A DNA stretch of 64,000 nucleotides from Candidatus Magasanikbacteria bacterium RIFCSPHIGHO2_02_FULL_48_18 (lineage in GTDB: Bacteria; Patescibacteriota; Patescibacteriia; Magasanikbacterales; UBA922). The notes under the pieces were generated by a model. That model searched no databases, had not been told where the DNA came from, and saw nothing but the letters and a program-made list of their open reading frames with translations. The position numbers were made by a program, and so were the translations under genes. Where the stretch lies: positions 18,151 through 82,150 of the forward strand of contig MFQC01000003.1 of assembly GCA_001784285.1 (NCBI GenBank), in the 5' to 3' direction. Below, piece by piece: positions 32,376 through 41,243 of this stretch; position 1 is the first letter of the stretch; each line of letters opens with the position of its first letter.

Positions 32376-32392
32376 TTCTTAATTTTTTATAT

Positions 32393-32719
32393 ATGGGAAA
32401 ATTCAAGCGCGGCCTTATTATGGGCGGGCTCTTGGGCGCCGGCCTCATGTGGCTCAACACCACAAAACACGGCAAAGAGACAAAAGAAAAGATATTGTCC
32501 TATGCCGGAGATGTGTACGACGATGTCAAACAAAAAATTGCCGCATCGAACGCCTGGGAAAAAATGACAAAGAACGCGTACGTCACCATGGTAAAAGACG
32601 CCGTGAAGAAGTACGCGAATACATATCAATTGAGTGAACACGTGCAGTCTCTCATCACGACGCTTGTGTCGTCGCAATGGAACACGCTCAAAAAGGAAAT
32701 GAAAAAAAAGGGAAAATAA
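32393..32719 (+). CDS. YtxH-like protein
   Basis: KFKRGLIMGGLLGAG..KHGKETKEKI. Confidence 0.7.
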   Translation: MGKFKRGLIMGGLLGAGLMWLNTTKHGKETKEKILSYAGDVYDDVKQKIAASNAWEKMTKNAYVTMVKDAVKKYANTYQLSEHVQSLITTLVSSQWNTLKKEMKKKGK

Positions 32720-32730
32720 CAATTTTTTTT

Positions 32731-34515
32731 GTGAACACTCCTTCGTCATATCGCACCACACGATCCAAAACGTCAGGTGCTCGCTTTTGGGATCGTAATC
32801 GTCATGGCGTCGTTATGTTGGTGATTTATGGCATGGCGCTCCTTATCGCTGTTCGCCTGTTTGATCTTATGGTTGTGCGGCATGAGGTCTATGTGGCTCT
32901 TGCGGAAGGGACACAGTCCGTCGCCGCAAAATTATTTCCCAATCGCGGAAATATTTTTTTCCAAGACTCTCGAACAGGGGGCCCGTATGCGGTCGCAATG
33001 AATAAAGACTATTTTGTCGTTTTTGCGGACACCCGCGCCATTCTCACAGATGACACAGCCGAAAACGTGGCGGAACAGCTGTCTTCTATTTTTTTGTATG
33101 ATGACGAAAAAAAGTTTTCTCTTTTTTTAGCCCTTAATAAACGAACCGATCCGTATGAGCCCGTTGAACAAAAAGTTGACGAGGCAACCAAGGAAGCTGT
33201 TGAGGCGCTTTCGTTGCCCGGGATCGGTTTTATACGAAAATCGTATCGGTTTTATCCCGAAGGGTCGCTCGGAAGTCACGTCATTGGATTTGTCGGAAAA
33301 GATGCCGAAGGAAATGAAGCCGGCCGGTATGGTGTTGAGGGGTATTGGGACAAGGAGCTTGCGGGGAGCGGGGGTTTTTTAGAGGCCGCTAAAAGCGCAA
33401 CCGGGAGTTTGATTCTCCGGAATGCGTTTCAGCCGGCAGAAGACGGAGCACATCTTTTTTTGACCATTGATCGAACGCTTCAACACCGTGCGTGCGACCG
33501 CCTTCGTCGGGCCATGGAAGAAACACGTTCGGCGAGTGCGTCCCTCATTATTGCTCACCCTCACACCGGGGCGCTTCTTGCAGTGTGTTCTCTGCCCGAT
33601 TTTGACCCCAACGAATACAATAAAGCGGACTCTGTGGATGTGTATAACAATAGCGCGATTTTTACGCCGTATGAACCGGGTTCTATTTTTAAACCGATTG
33701 CCATGGCGGCGGCGCTCGATCAAGATTTTATGACGCCGGACACGACGTTTGTGGATAGCGGGTCAAGAGCGGAATTATGCACGAAACCTATTATGAACGC
33801 GGGACAGCGAAGTTACGGCCTTCAAACCATGACCGAAGTTCTGGAAAATTCTGTCAATACGGGAATGGTATTTGTGGTGGAGAAGATCGGGAAAAAAGTC
33901 TTTCGCGAGTATGTGGAACGGTTTGGTTTTGGCGTGAAAGAAGGAATCGATTTGGACAAAGAAAATACCGGAGTGATTCGCACTCTTTGGGAAAATAAAG
34001 GCGATCGGGTTGATTGCTACACTGCGACTGCTTCGTTTGGCCAGGGCATTACAGCGACACCGCTTCAAATGGTGTCGGCATTTGGCGCGATAGCAAACGG
34101 AGGCAAGCTGATGAAGCCCTATGTGGTCGACCGCATTGAATATCCTAATGGAAAAATGAAGAAAACCCAGCCCTTGGAAGTCCGGCAAGTGTTGCAGAGC
34201 CGGTCGGCGGCTCTGTTGACCGGCATGCTTGTGAGCGTGGTCCAAAATGGATATGACGCGCTTGGCATTAGCGCCTATCATCTTGCGGGAAAAACTGGAA
34301 CCGCGCAGATTCCCGGACCCGGAGGGTATATTGATGAAACCATCCATTCGTTTATCGGTTTTGGGCCGGTGGAAGATCCAAAATTTGTGATGATTATAAA
34401 GCTTGAAAAACCGCAAACATATAAATACGCGTCCAATTCCCTCGCGCCTGTGTTTGCCGATATTGCAAAATTTATTTTAGCATATTATGAGGTGCCGCCA
34501 AGCGAGGGTAATTAA
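32731..34515 (+). CDS. ftsI: Class B penicillin-binding protein (FtsI/SpoVD-like)
   Basis: RGNIF, RFYPEG, YEPGSIFK (SxxK), SVN, KTGTAQ; start uncertain (GTG at 32731). Confidence 0.9.
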   Translation: MNTPSSYRTTRSKTSGARFWDRNRHGVVMLVIYGMALLIAVRLFDLMVVRHEVYVALAEGTQSVAAKLFPNRGNIFFQDSRTGGPYAVAMNKDYFVVFADTRAILTDDTAENVAEQLSSIFLYDDEKKFSLFLALNKRTDPYEPVEQKVDEATKEAVEALSLPGIGFIRKSYRFYPEGSLGSHVIGFVGKDAEGNEAGRYGVEGYWDKELAGSGGFLEAAKSATGSLILRNAFQPAEDGAHLFLTIDRTLQHRACDRLRRAMEETRSASASLIIAHPHTGALLAVCSLPDFDPNEYNKADSVDVYNNSAIFTPYEPGSIFKPIAMAAALDQDFMTPDTTFVDSGSRAELCTKPIMNAGQRSYGLQTMTEVLENSVNTGMVFVVEKIGKKVFREYVERFGFGVKEGIDLDKENTGVIRTLWENKGDRVDCYTATASFGQGITATPLQMVSAFGAIANGGKLMKPYVVDRIEYPNGKMKKTQPLEVRQVLQSRSAALLTGMLVSVVQNGYDALGISAYHLAGKTGTAQIPGPGGYIDETIHSFIGFGPVEDPKFVMIIKLEKPQTYKYASNSLAPVFADIAKFILAYYEVPPSEGN

Positions 34516-34537
34516 TTCGGAAAAGGGAAAGGTATAA

Positions 34538-34566
34538 TTGACAGGATGATTTTTTTTTCGTAAACT
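34538..34566 (+). promoter_or_regulatory. Promoter of the tRNA pair
   Basis: TTGACA-17 nt-TAAACT. Confidence 0.7.
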
Positions 34567-34598
34567 ATCTCCAGTTTTTGGCCAACCGTTGGCGAAAT

Positions 34599-34670
34599 GC
34601 CGCGTTCGTCTATCGGCTAGGACGCATGGTTCTCATCCATGTAAGAGGGGTTCGACTCCCCTACGCGGTA
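34599..34670 (+). tRNA. tRNA-Glu(CTC)
   Basis: GCCGCGT/ACGCGGT acceptor stem, CATGG-TTCTCAT-CCATG anticodon arm, GGTTCGACTCC T arm. Confidence 0.95.
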
Positions 34671-34692
34671 CGTTGTTGATTATTACAATTAT

Positions 34693-34766
34693 GTCAGGGT
34701 AGCTCAGTTGGTGAGAGCGTAGGATTCATAACCCTAAGGTCGGGAGTTCGATTCTCCCCCCTGACA
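34693..34766 (+). tRNA. tRNA-Met(CAT), probably elongator
   Basis: GTCAGGG/CCCTGAC acceptor stem (1:72 paired), TAGGA-TTCATAA-CCCTA anticodon arm, GTTCGATTC T arm; Ile2 not excluded. Confidence 0.9.
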
Positions 34767-34771
34767 CCCAG

Positions 34772-34810
34772 AAAAAAAAGCCCTGCATTTTTACCGCAAG
34801 GCTTTTTTTA
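34772..34810. terminator. Bidirectional terminator between the tRNAs and hup
   Basis: AAAAAAAGCCCTGC-loop-GCAAGGCTTTTTTT. Confidence 0.75.
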
Positions 34811-34826
34811 TTCCGTGATGTATATT

Positions 34827-35177
34827 TTACGACATGAATTGATTTTCTTGTTGCGGGGCAGTCAATGGTGCAACGGGTACAGTTTTCCCCTTGCCTTTCA
34901 GGGCGTCTTTCAGTCCTTTTCCTGCTTTAAACTTTGGCACTGTCACCGGAGGAATCTGAATTTTTTCAGTTGGATTTTGAGGATTGACTCCAACACGACC
35001 GGCTCTTGTCTTGGCGCTAAATGCGCCAAAGCCGGCAATGGTGACTTCTCCTCCCGCTTGTAATGTTTCAATAACAATTTCGGTGAAAGAGGCAACCATG
35101 TCCTCGGCTTCTTTTTTGGATACGCCGACCTTGTTGGCAATCAGTTCGGCCAATTTTGCTTTGTTTATGGTCTGCAT
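34827..35177 (-). CDS. hup: HU family DNA-binding protein
   Basis: INKAKLAE, GFGAF, RAGRVGVNPQ, VPKFKAGKGLKDA. Confidence 0.95.
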   Translation of the reverse strand: MQTINKAKLAELIANKVGVSKKEAEDMVASFTEIVIETLQAGGEVTIAGFGAFSAKTRAGRVGVNPQNPTEKIQIPPVTVPKFKAGKGLKDALKGKGKTVPVAPLTAPQQENQFMS

Positions 35178-35265
35178 AGAGCGTGAAGGTTAGCAAGTAA
35201 GTGGTAGTGATACGATACCATTATATAATATTTATGTCAATAGAGCGGAAAAAATTGTCCACAGG

Positions 35266-36792
35266 TTATTTTGCATACTCGATGACACGTGTTTCACGGA
35301 TGACATTTACTTTAATTTCTCCCGGATATTGCAGTTCACTTTCAATGCGTCTTGCAATGTCCTTTGCGAGATTATACGATTCGTAGTCGTCGAGTTCGTT
35401 GGGATTGACAAACACGCGCACTTCTCGTCCCGCTTGAATGGCATACACTTTGTCAACGCCAGGAAAATCTTTTACCGTGTTTTCCAACTCTTCCAAGCGG
35501 GCCACATATTGTTCATAGGTGTCGCGTCTCGCGCCCACGCGGCTTGCAGAAATTGCGTCCGCCGCCATAACCAATTTGGTGAGAAGGAGGGGAGGGTTGG
35601 TGTCATGGTGGGTAAGAGCCACTTGCGCCGTATCTTCGTCAATATTGAATTTTTTAAGAATGGTGTAGCCGATTTCCGTATGCGCCCCCTGTGTTTCGTG
35701 ATCGACCGCTTTGCCAATGTCGTGGAAAAAACCTGCCTTTCGCGCTTTTGCCGGATCTGCGCCGACTTCTTCCGCCATAATGCCGGCCAAGTATCCCACC
35801 TCAAGACAGTGATTCAATACATTTTGACCATAGCTCGTTCGATATTTGAGACGGCCGACAATAGCGCCCAATTTTGGGTCCATGTTGATAATACCCATTT
35901 TGTGCAACGCTTCTTCGCCCGCTTTTTGGATGTCAATCGCGAGTTCTTTTTTTGCTTCCTCAAAATATTCTTCAATTTTGGCAGGCTGGATTCGCCCATC
36001 TTTGATGAGTTTGTCAAGCGTCAGGTAGCACATTCTGCGGCGGATGGGCGAAAAGCTTGAGATGAGAATAATGTCCGGTGTTTCATCAATAATCAATTCA
36101 CAGCCGGTGAGTTTTTCAATCATTTTAATGTTGCGCCCTTCTTTTCCAATAATGCGGCCTTTCATTTCATCGCTCGGCAAACTTACTGCCGTTGATGTGG
36201 TTTCCGATGCATGATTCGCGGCCGTGCGTTGCATGGCCACAATAAGTATATCTTTCGCTTTTTCTTGAAGCGTGTCGTGGTTTGCATTGTCAAACTTCAA
36301 AATACGGTCCATCAAATCTTTTTTGGATTCTTGTTCAATTCGGACAAACAATTCTTCCTTTGCCTGTTCCGGCGTGTATTGTGCAATATCTTGGAGTTTT
36401 TGCTTTGCCTCTTCGTGAGCCGCATCAATCCGTTCTTTGATATTTTGAATTTCGGTTACTTTTTGCTGGAGCTTTGTTTTTCTATCTTCGAATTCCATGA
36501 ATTTTTGGTCAAACATGGACTCCCGTTTTTCAAGACGCGATTGAATATCTCGCATTTCTCTGCGCCGATTGTCATCTTCTTTTTTGGCTTCGTCGATAAT
36601 GGTAATCGCTTTTTCTTTTGCCTTGAGGATAACCTCTTGTTCCTTGTTTTTTGCCTCGATCAGGCGTTTTTCGGCCAATGCTTCCACCGAATTGGCGCGT
36701 GCTTGGGCGACCTGTTTGCGAATACTATACCCGGCAAATATACCAATCAAAAGCCCAACAAAGCCGATCGCGGCAATAATAAATTCCGACAT
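35266..36792 (-). CDS. rny: Ribonuclease Y
   Basis: N-terminal TM, coiled coil, KH domain (MKGRIIGKEGRNI), HD domain (HDIGKA), YAIQAGRE. Confidence 0.97.
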   Translation of the reverse strand: MSEFIIAAIGFVGLLIGIFAGYSIRKQVAQARANSVEALAEKRLIEAKNKEQEVILKAKEKAITIIDEAKKEDDNRRREMRDIQSRLEKRESMFDQKFMEFEDRKTKLQQKVTEIQNIKERIDAAHEEAKQKLQDIAQYTPEQAKEELFVRIEQESKKDLMDRILKFDNANHDTLQEKAKDILIVAMQRTAANHASETTSTAVSLPSDEMKGRIIGKEGRNIKMIEKLTGCELIIDETPDIILISSFSPIRRRMCYLTLDKLIKDGRIQPAKIEEYFEEAKKELAIDIQKAGEEALHKMGIINMDPKLGAIVGRLKYRTSYGQNVLNHCLEVGYLAGIMAEEVGADPAKARKAGFFHDIGKAVDHETQGAHTEIGYTILKKFNIDEDTAQVALTHHDTNPPLLLTKLVMAADAISASRVGARRDTYEQYVARLEELENTVKDFPGVDKVYAIQAGREVRVFVNPNELDDYESYNLAKDIARRIESELQYPGEIKVNVIRETRVIEYAK

Positions 36793-36809
36793 ATGCAAAA
36801 AAACTCATT

Positions 36810-37039
36810 GTCATGAGGAACCGATTATTGCCACAAATCCCTTTTGAGTATGTGGAGGGAGAAATGGTACTTAGTGTTGTCGAAAAAAAAGAGGAATCTC
36901 GTTTTGAGACGCCAAACACGTGTTCGTGTTACGAGCCGCTGTCAGAATCGGAGAGTTGGTATTCTTTTCTGAAGAAATAACTTTTTTTTTGCTCAACATA
37001 GCCATTTTTTGCAACAATAAAATCGGAATCTTGCATGAC
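36810..37039 (-). ncRNA. Putative long structured RNA or 5' leader upstream of rny
   Basis: End-to-end pairing in several consecutive helices; G-U pairs work only on the minus strand; has its own promoter. Confidence 0.5.
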
Positions 37040-37066
37040 CAATATTTGTTAAATAAGACATAATGA

Positions 37067-37094
37067 AGTATAACAAGTTTTTTTTATTTGTCAA
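37067..37094 (-). promoter_or_regulatory. Promoter for the rny leader (extended -10)
   Basis: Minus strand TTGACA-16 nt-TATACT with TG at the extended position; overlaps the truB stop. Confidence 0.7.
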
Positions 37095-37806
37095 ATATGG
37101 AAAAATAGACATCAGGCGCTACAAAATAATTTTCCATTTGTTCTGCCTCTATGGTTTTCACATCATGCGCGTTTTCAATACGGTATGGACCGATCTGTGT
37201 TCGTTGGAGCTCTTTGCAGTATGCGCCGCATTGAAGCGCCTCGCCAATGTCATGAACGAGCGTTCGTATATATGTTCCGGAAGAGCATGAAACGACAATG
37301 GTTAAAAGGGGATAATCATATGCCAACATGTGCATATCATATATTTCAATATCGATTGGTTGGCGTTTGATTTCTATTCCTTTTCGCGCCAACTCATACA
37401 ATTTCTTCCCTCCGACTTTTTTTGCCGAATACATGGGTGGAATTTGCGTTTTTTTTCCCAAAAAAGTAGAAATAATTTTTTCAATCTTGCCGTTTGTGAG
37501 CGGGGATAGGAGGGGGGGTAGCCGTTTTATTTTTCCTGTCTCATCGTACGTATCGCTTATTTCGCCAAGTTTCAGTGTTGCTTCATATGTTTTATCCAAT
37601 GCTTTGAACTGGTCCAATTGTTTCGTTGCGTTTCGACCAATGCCAACGATAAGGAGACCGGTCGCAAAGGGATCCAATGTCCCCGAATGGCCAATTTTTT
37701 TAATTCCGGTTATTTTTCGCAAATACCCAACTACATCATGGCTGGTCCAGTCTTTTGGTTTGTCGATGAGGAGAAATCCTGATGATTGTAGAGTAATTGT
37801 CTGCAT
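37084..37806 (-). CDS. truB: tRNA pseudouridine(55) synthase
   Basis: DKPKDWTSHDVV, GHSGTLDPFATG, QIPPMYSA, GTYIRTL; true start taken as MQTITL. Confidence 0.96.
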   Translation of the reverse strand: MQTITLQSSGFLLIDKPKDWTSHDVVGYLRKITGIKKIGHSGTLDPFATGLLIVGIGRNATKQLDQFKALDKTYEATLKLGEISDTYDETGKIKRLPPLLSPLTNGKIEKIISTFLGKKTQIPPMYSAKKVGGKKLYELARKGIEIKRQPIDIEIYDMHMLAYDYPLLTIVVSCSSGTYIRTLVHDIGEALQCGAYCKELQRTQIGPYRIENAHDVKTIEAEQMENYFVAPDVYFSIFDK

Positions 37807-37859
37807 GTGCTGGCCAAAATGTTGTGGTTGTACTATGCTGAAATTGTCTCGGGGGGTTT

Positions 37860-38060
37860 GGAGGTTTCCATGGAGCAGAAACGGCGAAAGCCGTCGTCTC
37901 CTTGGAGAGTCCTTGCAAAGGATGTCCTGGGTCTCCTCTCGCCGCTCCGTCTCGTACGCCGTGCGGTGCGAGGTCTCTCTAGCTCTTTTGAGGCTCTCCT
38001 CTGAGACAGGCCTGCCCGCTTTCCGGATAACAACTGGACCCATGCGGGCAGGCAATCTCC
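37860..38060. ncRNA. Unidentified highly structured RNA, about 200 nt, with a possible pseudoknot
   Basis: GC-rich intergenic island with a closing stem, several internal stems and a loop-to-junction complementarity (see findings); strand unresolved. Confidence 0.7.
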
Positions 38061-38116
38061 TCTATTCAGATAGGTTCTCTCTGTTTTTTTGTCTTCAAAA
38101 ATGATACACTAGCCTC

Positions 38117-39052
38117 ATGAAAAAACAAAATACAGAAGATTTTCCCAGACAAAGAGGATGGGGGATGGTGGCAGAGGACGGCTCGGAAATTTGGGACGCA
38201 GAGCCGGTTTTTGCTGGTTCTTTTTTTGGTTTTTGGCAAAAACAAAAGCTCATTTTTTATCCAAAAAAATTTGTTCTCTATCGGGCCATTGAAAAACATA
38301 TTCGTCATCTCCAAAAGCGCTATGCCACGATTGAAGGAGGAAATTTATATATTCCCAAAATTCTCGATCTTGGCTGTGGCACCGGCGCGACCGTGATTGA
38401 TTTCAAAAAAATGTTTGGCCGGCGCGTGGACGTGATTGGTCTTGACATCGTCCACCTCCAAATTGACCTTGCGCAAAAAAAGATGCGGCGTTACGGCGTG
38501 TGGACCGATGTCCGTTATTTTGATGGCCGACATCTGCCGTTTGATAATCAAACTATTGATGTGGTCTATACATCCGATGTTTTAGGCCATGTGCAGGATG
38601 TGCCGGCATGGCTGTCTGAAATTGCCCGGGTATTGCGTCCGGGCGGTCTTCTCGCGATGTTTGCGGAATCAAAATTGGGCAAGCACGCGTATCTTCGGAA
38701 TTATTTTTTGAAACATGGATTGAACACGGATCCGCATTACGCATTTCATGTTTCTCTTTTTTCCAAAGCAACCCTTCGAGAAATGCTTGAACAAACCGAT
38801 TTTGAAATTCTCGCCATGTATAGCACGGTATGGGCAAAATTTTTGGTTCATCCGGATGAGCTCTACCCGGCGCTTCACGCACAGAAGAAGTTTTTGATTT
38901 TTCGCTGGATAAATTTTATGCTGTATTGGCTGAAAAAAATAACGCATCCCGTTTCTACTGCTCTGTCGGAACTTTATAGCTTTGTCGAAATGCTGACGGT
39001 TGGGCGCTTTATTGAAAGCCAGGGGTATGTGATCGTGGCGAAGAAAAAGTAA
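38117..39052 (+). CDS. Class I SAM-dependent methyltransferase
   Basis: ILDLGCGTG, IGLD, LPFDN, EIARVLRPGG. Confidence 0.9.
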   Translation: MKKQNTEDFPRQRGWGMVAEDGSEIWDAEPVFAGSFFGFWQKQKLIFYPKKFVLYRAIEKHIRHLQKRYATIEGGNLYIPKILDLGCGTGATVIDFKKMFGRRVDVIGLDIVHLQIDLAQKKMRRYGVWTDVRYFDGRHLPFDNQTIDVVYTSDVLGHVQDVPAWLSEIARVLRPGGLLAMFAESKLGKHAYLRNYFLKHGLNTDPHYAFHVSLFSKATLREMLEQTDFEILAMYSTVWAKFLVHPDELYPALHAQKKFLIFRWINFMLYWLKKITHPVSTALSELYSFVEMLTVGRFIESQGYVIVAKKK

Positions 39053-39069
39053 TTGTTTCTTCTCTGCCG

Positions 39070-39097
39070 TTGACTTTTTGACTTTTTAGGGTATACT
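39070..39097 (+). promoter_or_regulatory. hppA promoter
   Basis: TTGACT-16 nt-TATACT. Confidence 0.6.
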
Positions 39098-39147
39098 TTC
39101 GATCAGTATTTTTTTATTATTCTTTATTTTTAAATAGGAATCACCGT

Positions 39148-41133
39148 ATGAATATTGTCCTCACCATTGTGCCGGCGGCGCTTGCCATTATTTATGGAGG
39201 ATTTTTGATTCAATGGATTCGCAAACAGCCATCCGGCGACCAAAAAATGCAGGATATTGCAGGAGCCATACAACAAGGCGCTCGCGCGTATCTTCGGAGA
39301 CAATACAAAACCATTGGCGTTGTTGCCATTATTATTTTTCTGGTGTTGTGGATATTATTGAATCTTTCGACCGGTATTGGATTTTTGATTGGCGCGATCT
39401 TTTCCGGTCTTGCCGGCTATCTCGGCATGAGCATTTCCGTTCAGGCCAATGTTCGGACCGCCGAAGCGGCAAAAGGAGGGCTTGCAAAAGCGCTGGCTAT
39501 GGCCGTAAAGGGGGGTTCTGTGACAGGATTATTGGTGGTCGGCCTTGGGCTTCTCGGCGTTGCCGGGTTTTATCTGATATTTACCGATGTTGATGCCCTT
39601 ATTGGTCTTGCGTTTGGGGGGAGCCTTATTTCTATTTTTGCGAGAATCGGCGGCGGTATTTTTACCAAAGCGGCAGATGTCGGCGCGGATTTGGTGGGAA
39701 AAGTCGAGGCAGGCATTCCGGAAGACGATCCGAGGAATCCCGGCGTTATCGCGGACAATGTGGGAGACAACGTTGGCGACTGCGCGGGGATGGCCGCCGA
39801 CTTGTTTGAAACATATGCCGTAACGGCGGTTGCCGCGGTGGTTCTTGGCGCTCTTTCGTTTCAAAATACCGAGGCCGCGGTATTTTATCCGCTCGTTATT
39901 GGCGGTGTTTCCATTCTTGCGTCGATCGCAGGGACATTTTTTATCCGACTTTCAAAAAACAACAATATTATGGGCGCGCTCTACAAAGGATTGGCCGCAA
40001 CGGCCATTCTTTCGTTGGTTGCATTTTATTTTGTCACTCGTTATTTTGCGCCGCTATTAAAACTCACCGTGAGTGATTTGTTTTTGAGCGCGCTTGTCGG
40101 CGTGGTCCTAACTACGCTCATGGTGTGGATTACCGAATATTACACATCAACAAAATACAAACCCGTCCGGCAAATTGCAAAATCCAGCGAAACCGGCCAT
40201 GGAACCAACGTCATTGCCGGTCTTGCGTTGTCCATGCGCGCAACCGCCTTACCCGTTATTATCATCGCGTTTGGCATGCTTGCCGCATATAATTTTTCCG
40301 GGCTCTATGGAATTGCCATTGCCGCGATGGCTATGCTGTCCTTAACCGGAATTATTGTGACGATTGACGCCTACGGTCCCATTACCGACAATGCGGGAGG
40401 TATTGCCGAAATGGCAGGACTCGACGAACATGTCCGCGCGGTCACTGATCCGCTTGATGCGGTCGGCAATACAACCAAAGCCGTTACGAAAGGATATGCC
40501 ATTGCAAGCGCCGGGCTTGCCGCCTTAGTTTTATTTGGGGACTACGCGCACAAATTGACCGAAGAAGGCATTGAAACTTTTTTTTTGATTAGCGACCCCA
40601 AAGTGTTGGTTGGTTTGTTTATTGGCGGGCTCATGCCGTACTTGTTTGGATCCTATCTTATGGAGTCGGTTGGAAAAGTGGCACAAAGCGTGGTCAAAGA
40701 AGTGCGTCGGCAATTTCATGAAATAAAAGGAATTATGGAGGGAACCACCAAACCTGATTATGCGAGATGCGTTGATATTGTGACCAAAGGGGCTATTGGA
40801 CAGATGATTTTGCCCGCGCTTATTCCCGTGGTCTTTCCTATTGTTGTCGGCTTGTGGCTCGGTCCTGCCGCCCTCGGCGGGCTTCTTGTTGGGACAATCG
40901 TGACCGGGCTGTTTGTCGCCATTTCCATGACCGCGGGAGGCGGCGCGTGGGACAATGCCAAAAAATATATTGAAAATGGCCATCATGGCGGAAAGGGAAG
41001 TCCTGCACATAAGGCCGCGGTGACCGGAGATACGGTGGGCGATCCGTACAAAGATACCGCCGGGCCGGCGATTAACCCAATGATTAAAGTGGCAAATATT
41101 GTGGCGTTATTGATTGTTGGTTTGTTGAAGTAA
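39148..41133 (+). CDS. hppA: Membrane-bound pyrophosphatase, K+-independent H+-pumping type
   Basis: [34 protein letters not shown] (Lys marks K+-independence), [11 protein letters not shown]. Confidence 0.95.
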   Translation: MNIVLTIVPAALAIIYGGFLIQWIRKQPSGDQKMQDIAGAIQQGARAYLRRQYKTIGVVAIIIFLVLWILLNLSTGIGFLIGAIFSGLAGYLGMSISVQANVRTAEAAKGGLAKALAMAVKGGSVTGLLVVGLGLLGVAGFYLIFTDVDALIGLAFGGSLISIFARIGGGIFTKAADVGADLVGKVEAGIPEDDPRNPGVIADNVGDNVGDCAGMAADLFETYAVTAVAAVVLGALSFQNTEAAVFYPLVIGGVSILASIAGTFFIRLSKNNNIMGALYKGLAATAILSLVAFYFVTRYFAPLLKLTVSDLFLSALVGVVLTTLMVWITEYYTSTKYKPVRQIAKSSETGHGTNVIAGLALSMRATALPVIIIAFGMLAAYNFSGLYGIAIAAMAMLSLTGIIVTIDAYGPITDNAGGIAEMAGLDEHVRAVTDPLDAVGNTTKAVTKGYAIASAGLAALVLFGDYAHKLTEEGIETFFLISDPKVLVGLFIGGLMPYLFGSYLMESVGKVAQSVVKEVRRQFHEIKGIMEGTTKPDYARCVDIVTKGAIGQMILPALIPVVFPIVVGLWLGPAALGGLLVGTIVTGLFVAISMTAGGGAWDNAKKYIENGHHGGKGSPAHKAAVTGDTVGDPYKDTAGPAINPMIKVANIVALLIVGLLK

Positions 41134-41157
41134 TGAAATAACACTGCATAAAATTCA

Positions 41158-41186
41158 TTGACCTTTTCTTCTTTTTTCTTTATACT
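41158..41186 (+). promoter_or_regulatory. infB promoter
   Basis: TTGACC-17 nt-TATACT. Confidence 0.7.
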
Positions 41187-41243
41187 CACCTCACTTGTTC
41201 CTCCACTGAGCCACTCATGGTTGGAAAATTTTTTTCTTTTTGC

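Noticed and set aside
26455-34766. tRNA genes as integration sites for an island
   Set aside because: No duplicated tRNA 3' ends and no integrase were seen, and the intervening genes are core functions.
35255-35263. TTGTCCACA DnaA-box-like site
   Set aside because: A single site with no box cluster and no dnaA or dnaN; insufficient for an origin.
36929-37036. 35-codon minus-strand ORF (MQDSDF...) in the rny leader
   Set aside because: No recognisable features, and it overlaps the paired arm of the predicted RNA. It cannot be supported, although a leader peptide is not excluded.
37807-38055. 82-aa N-terminal extension of TruB and other short ORFs over the GC-rich island
   Set aside because: TruB homology starts at MQTITL (37806). 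The open frames are better explained by a GC-rich structured RNA that happens to lack stops.
37860-38060. Resemblance to RNase P RNA (minus strand GAGGAGAGCC and GGCTTTC), SRP RNA or a cobalamin riboswitch
   Set aside because: It lacks GAGGAAAGUCC with the bulged U and the ACAGAA..GGCUUA end, the SRP CAGG..GGAA..AGCAG loop and the B12 box. The matches are short and probably chance.
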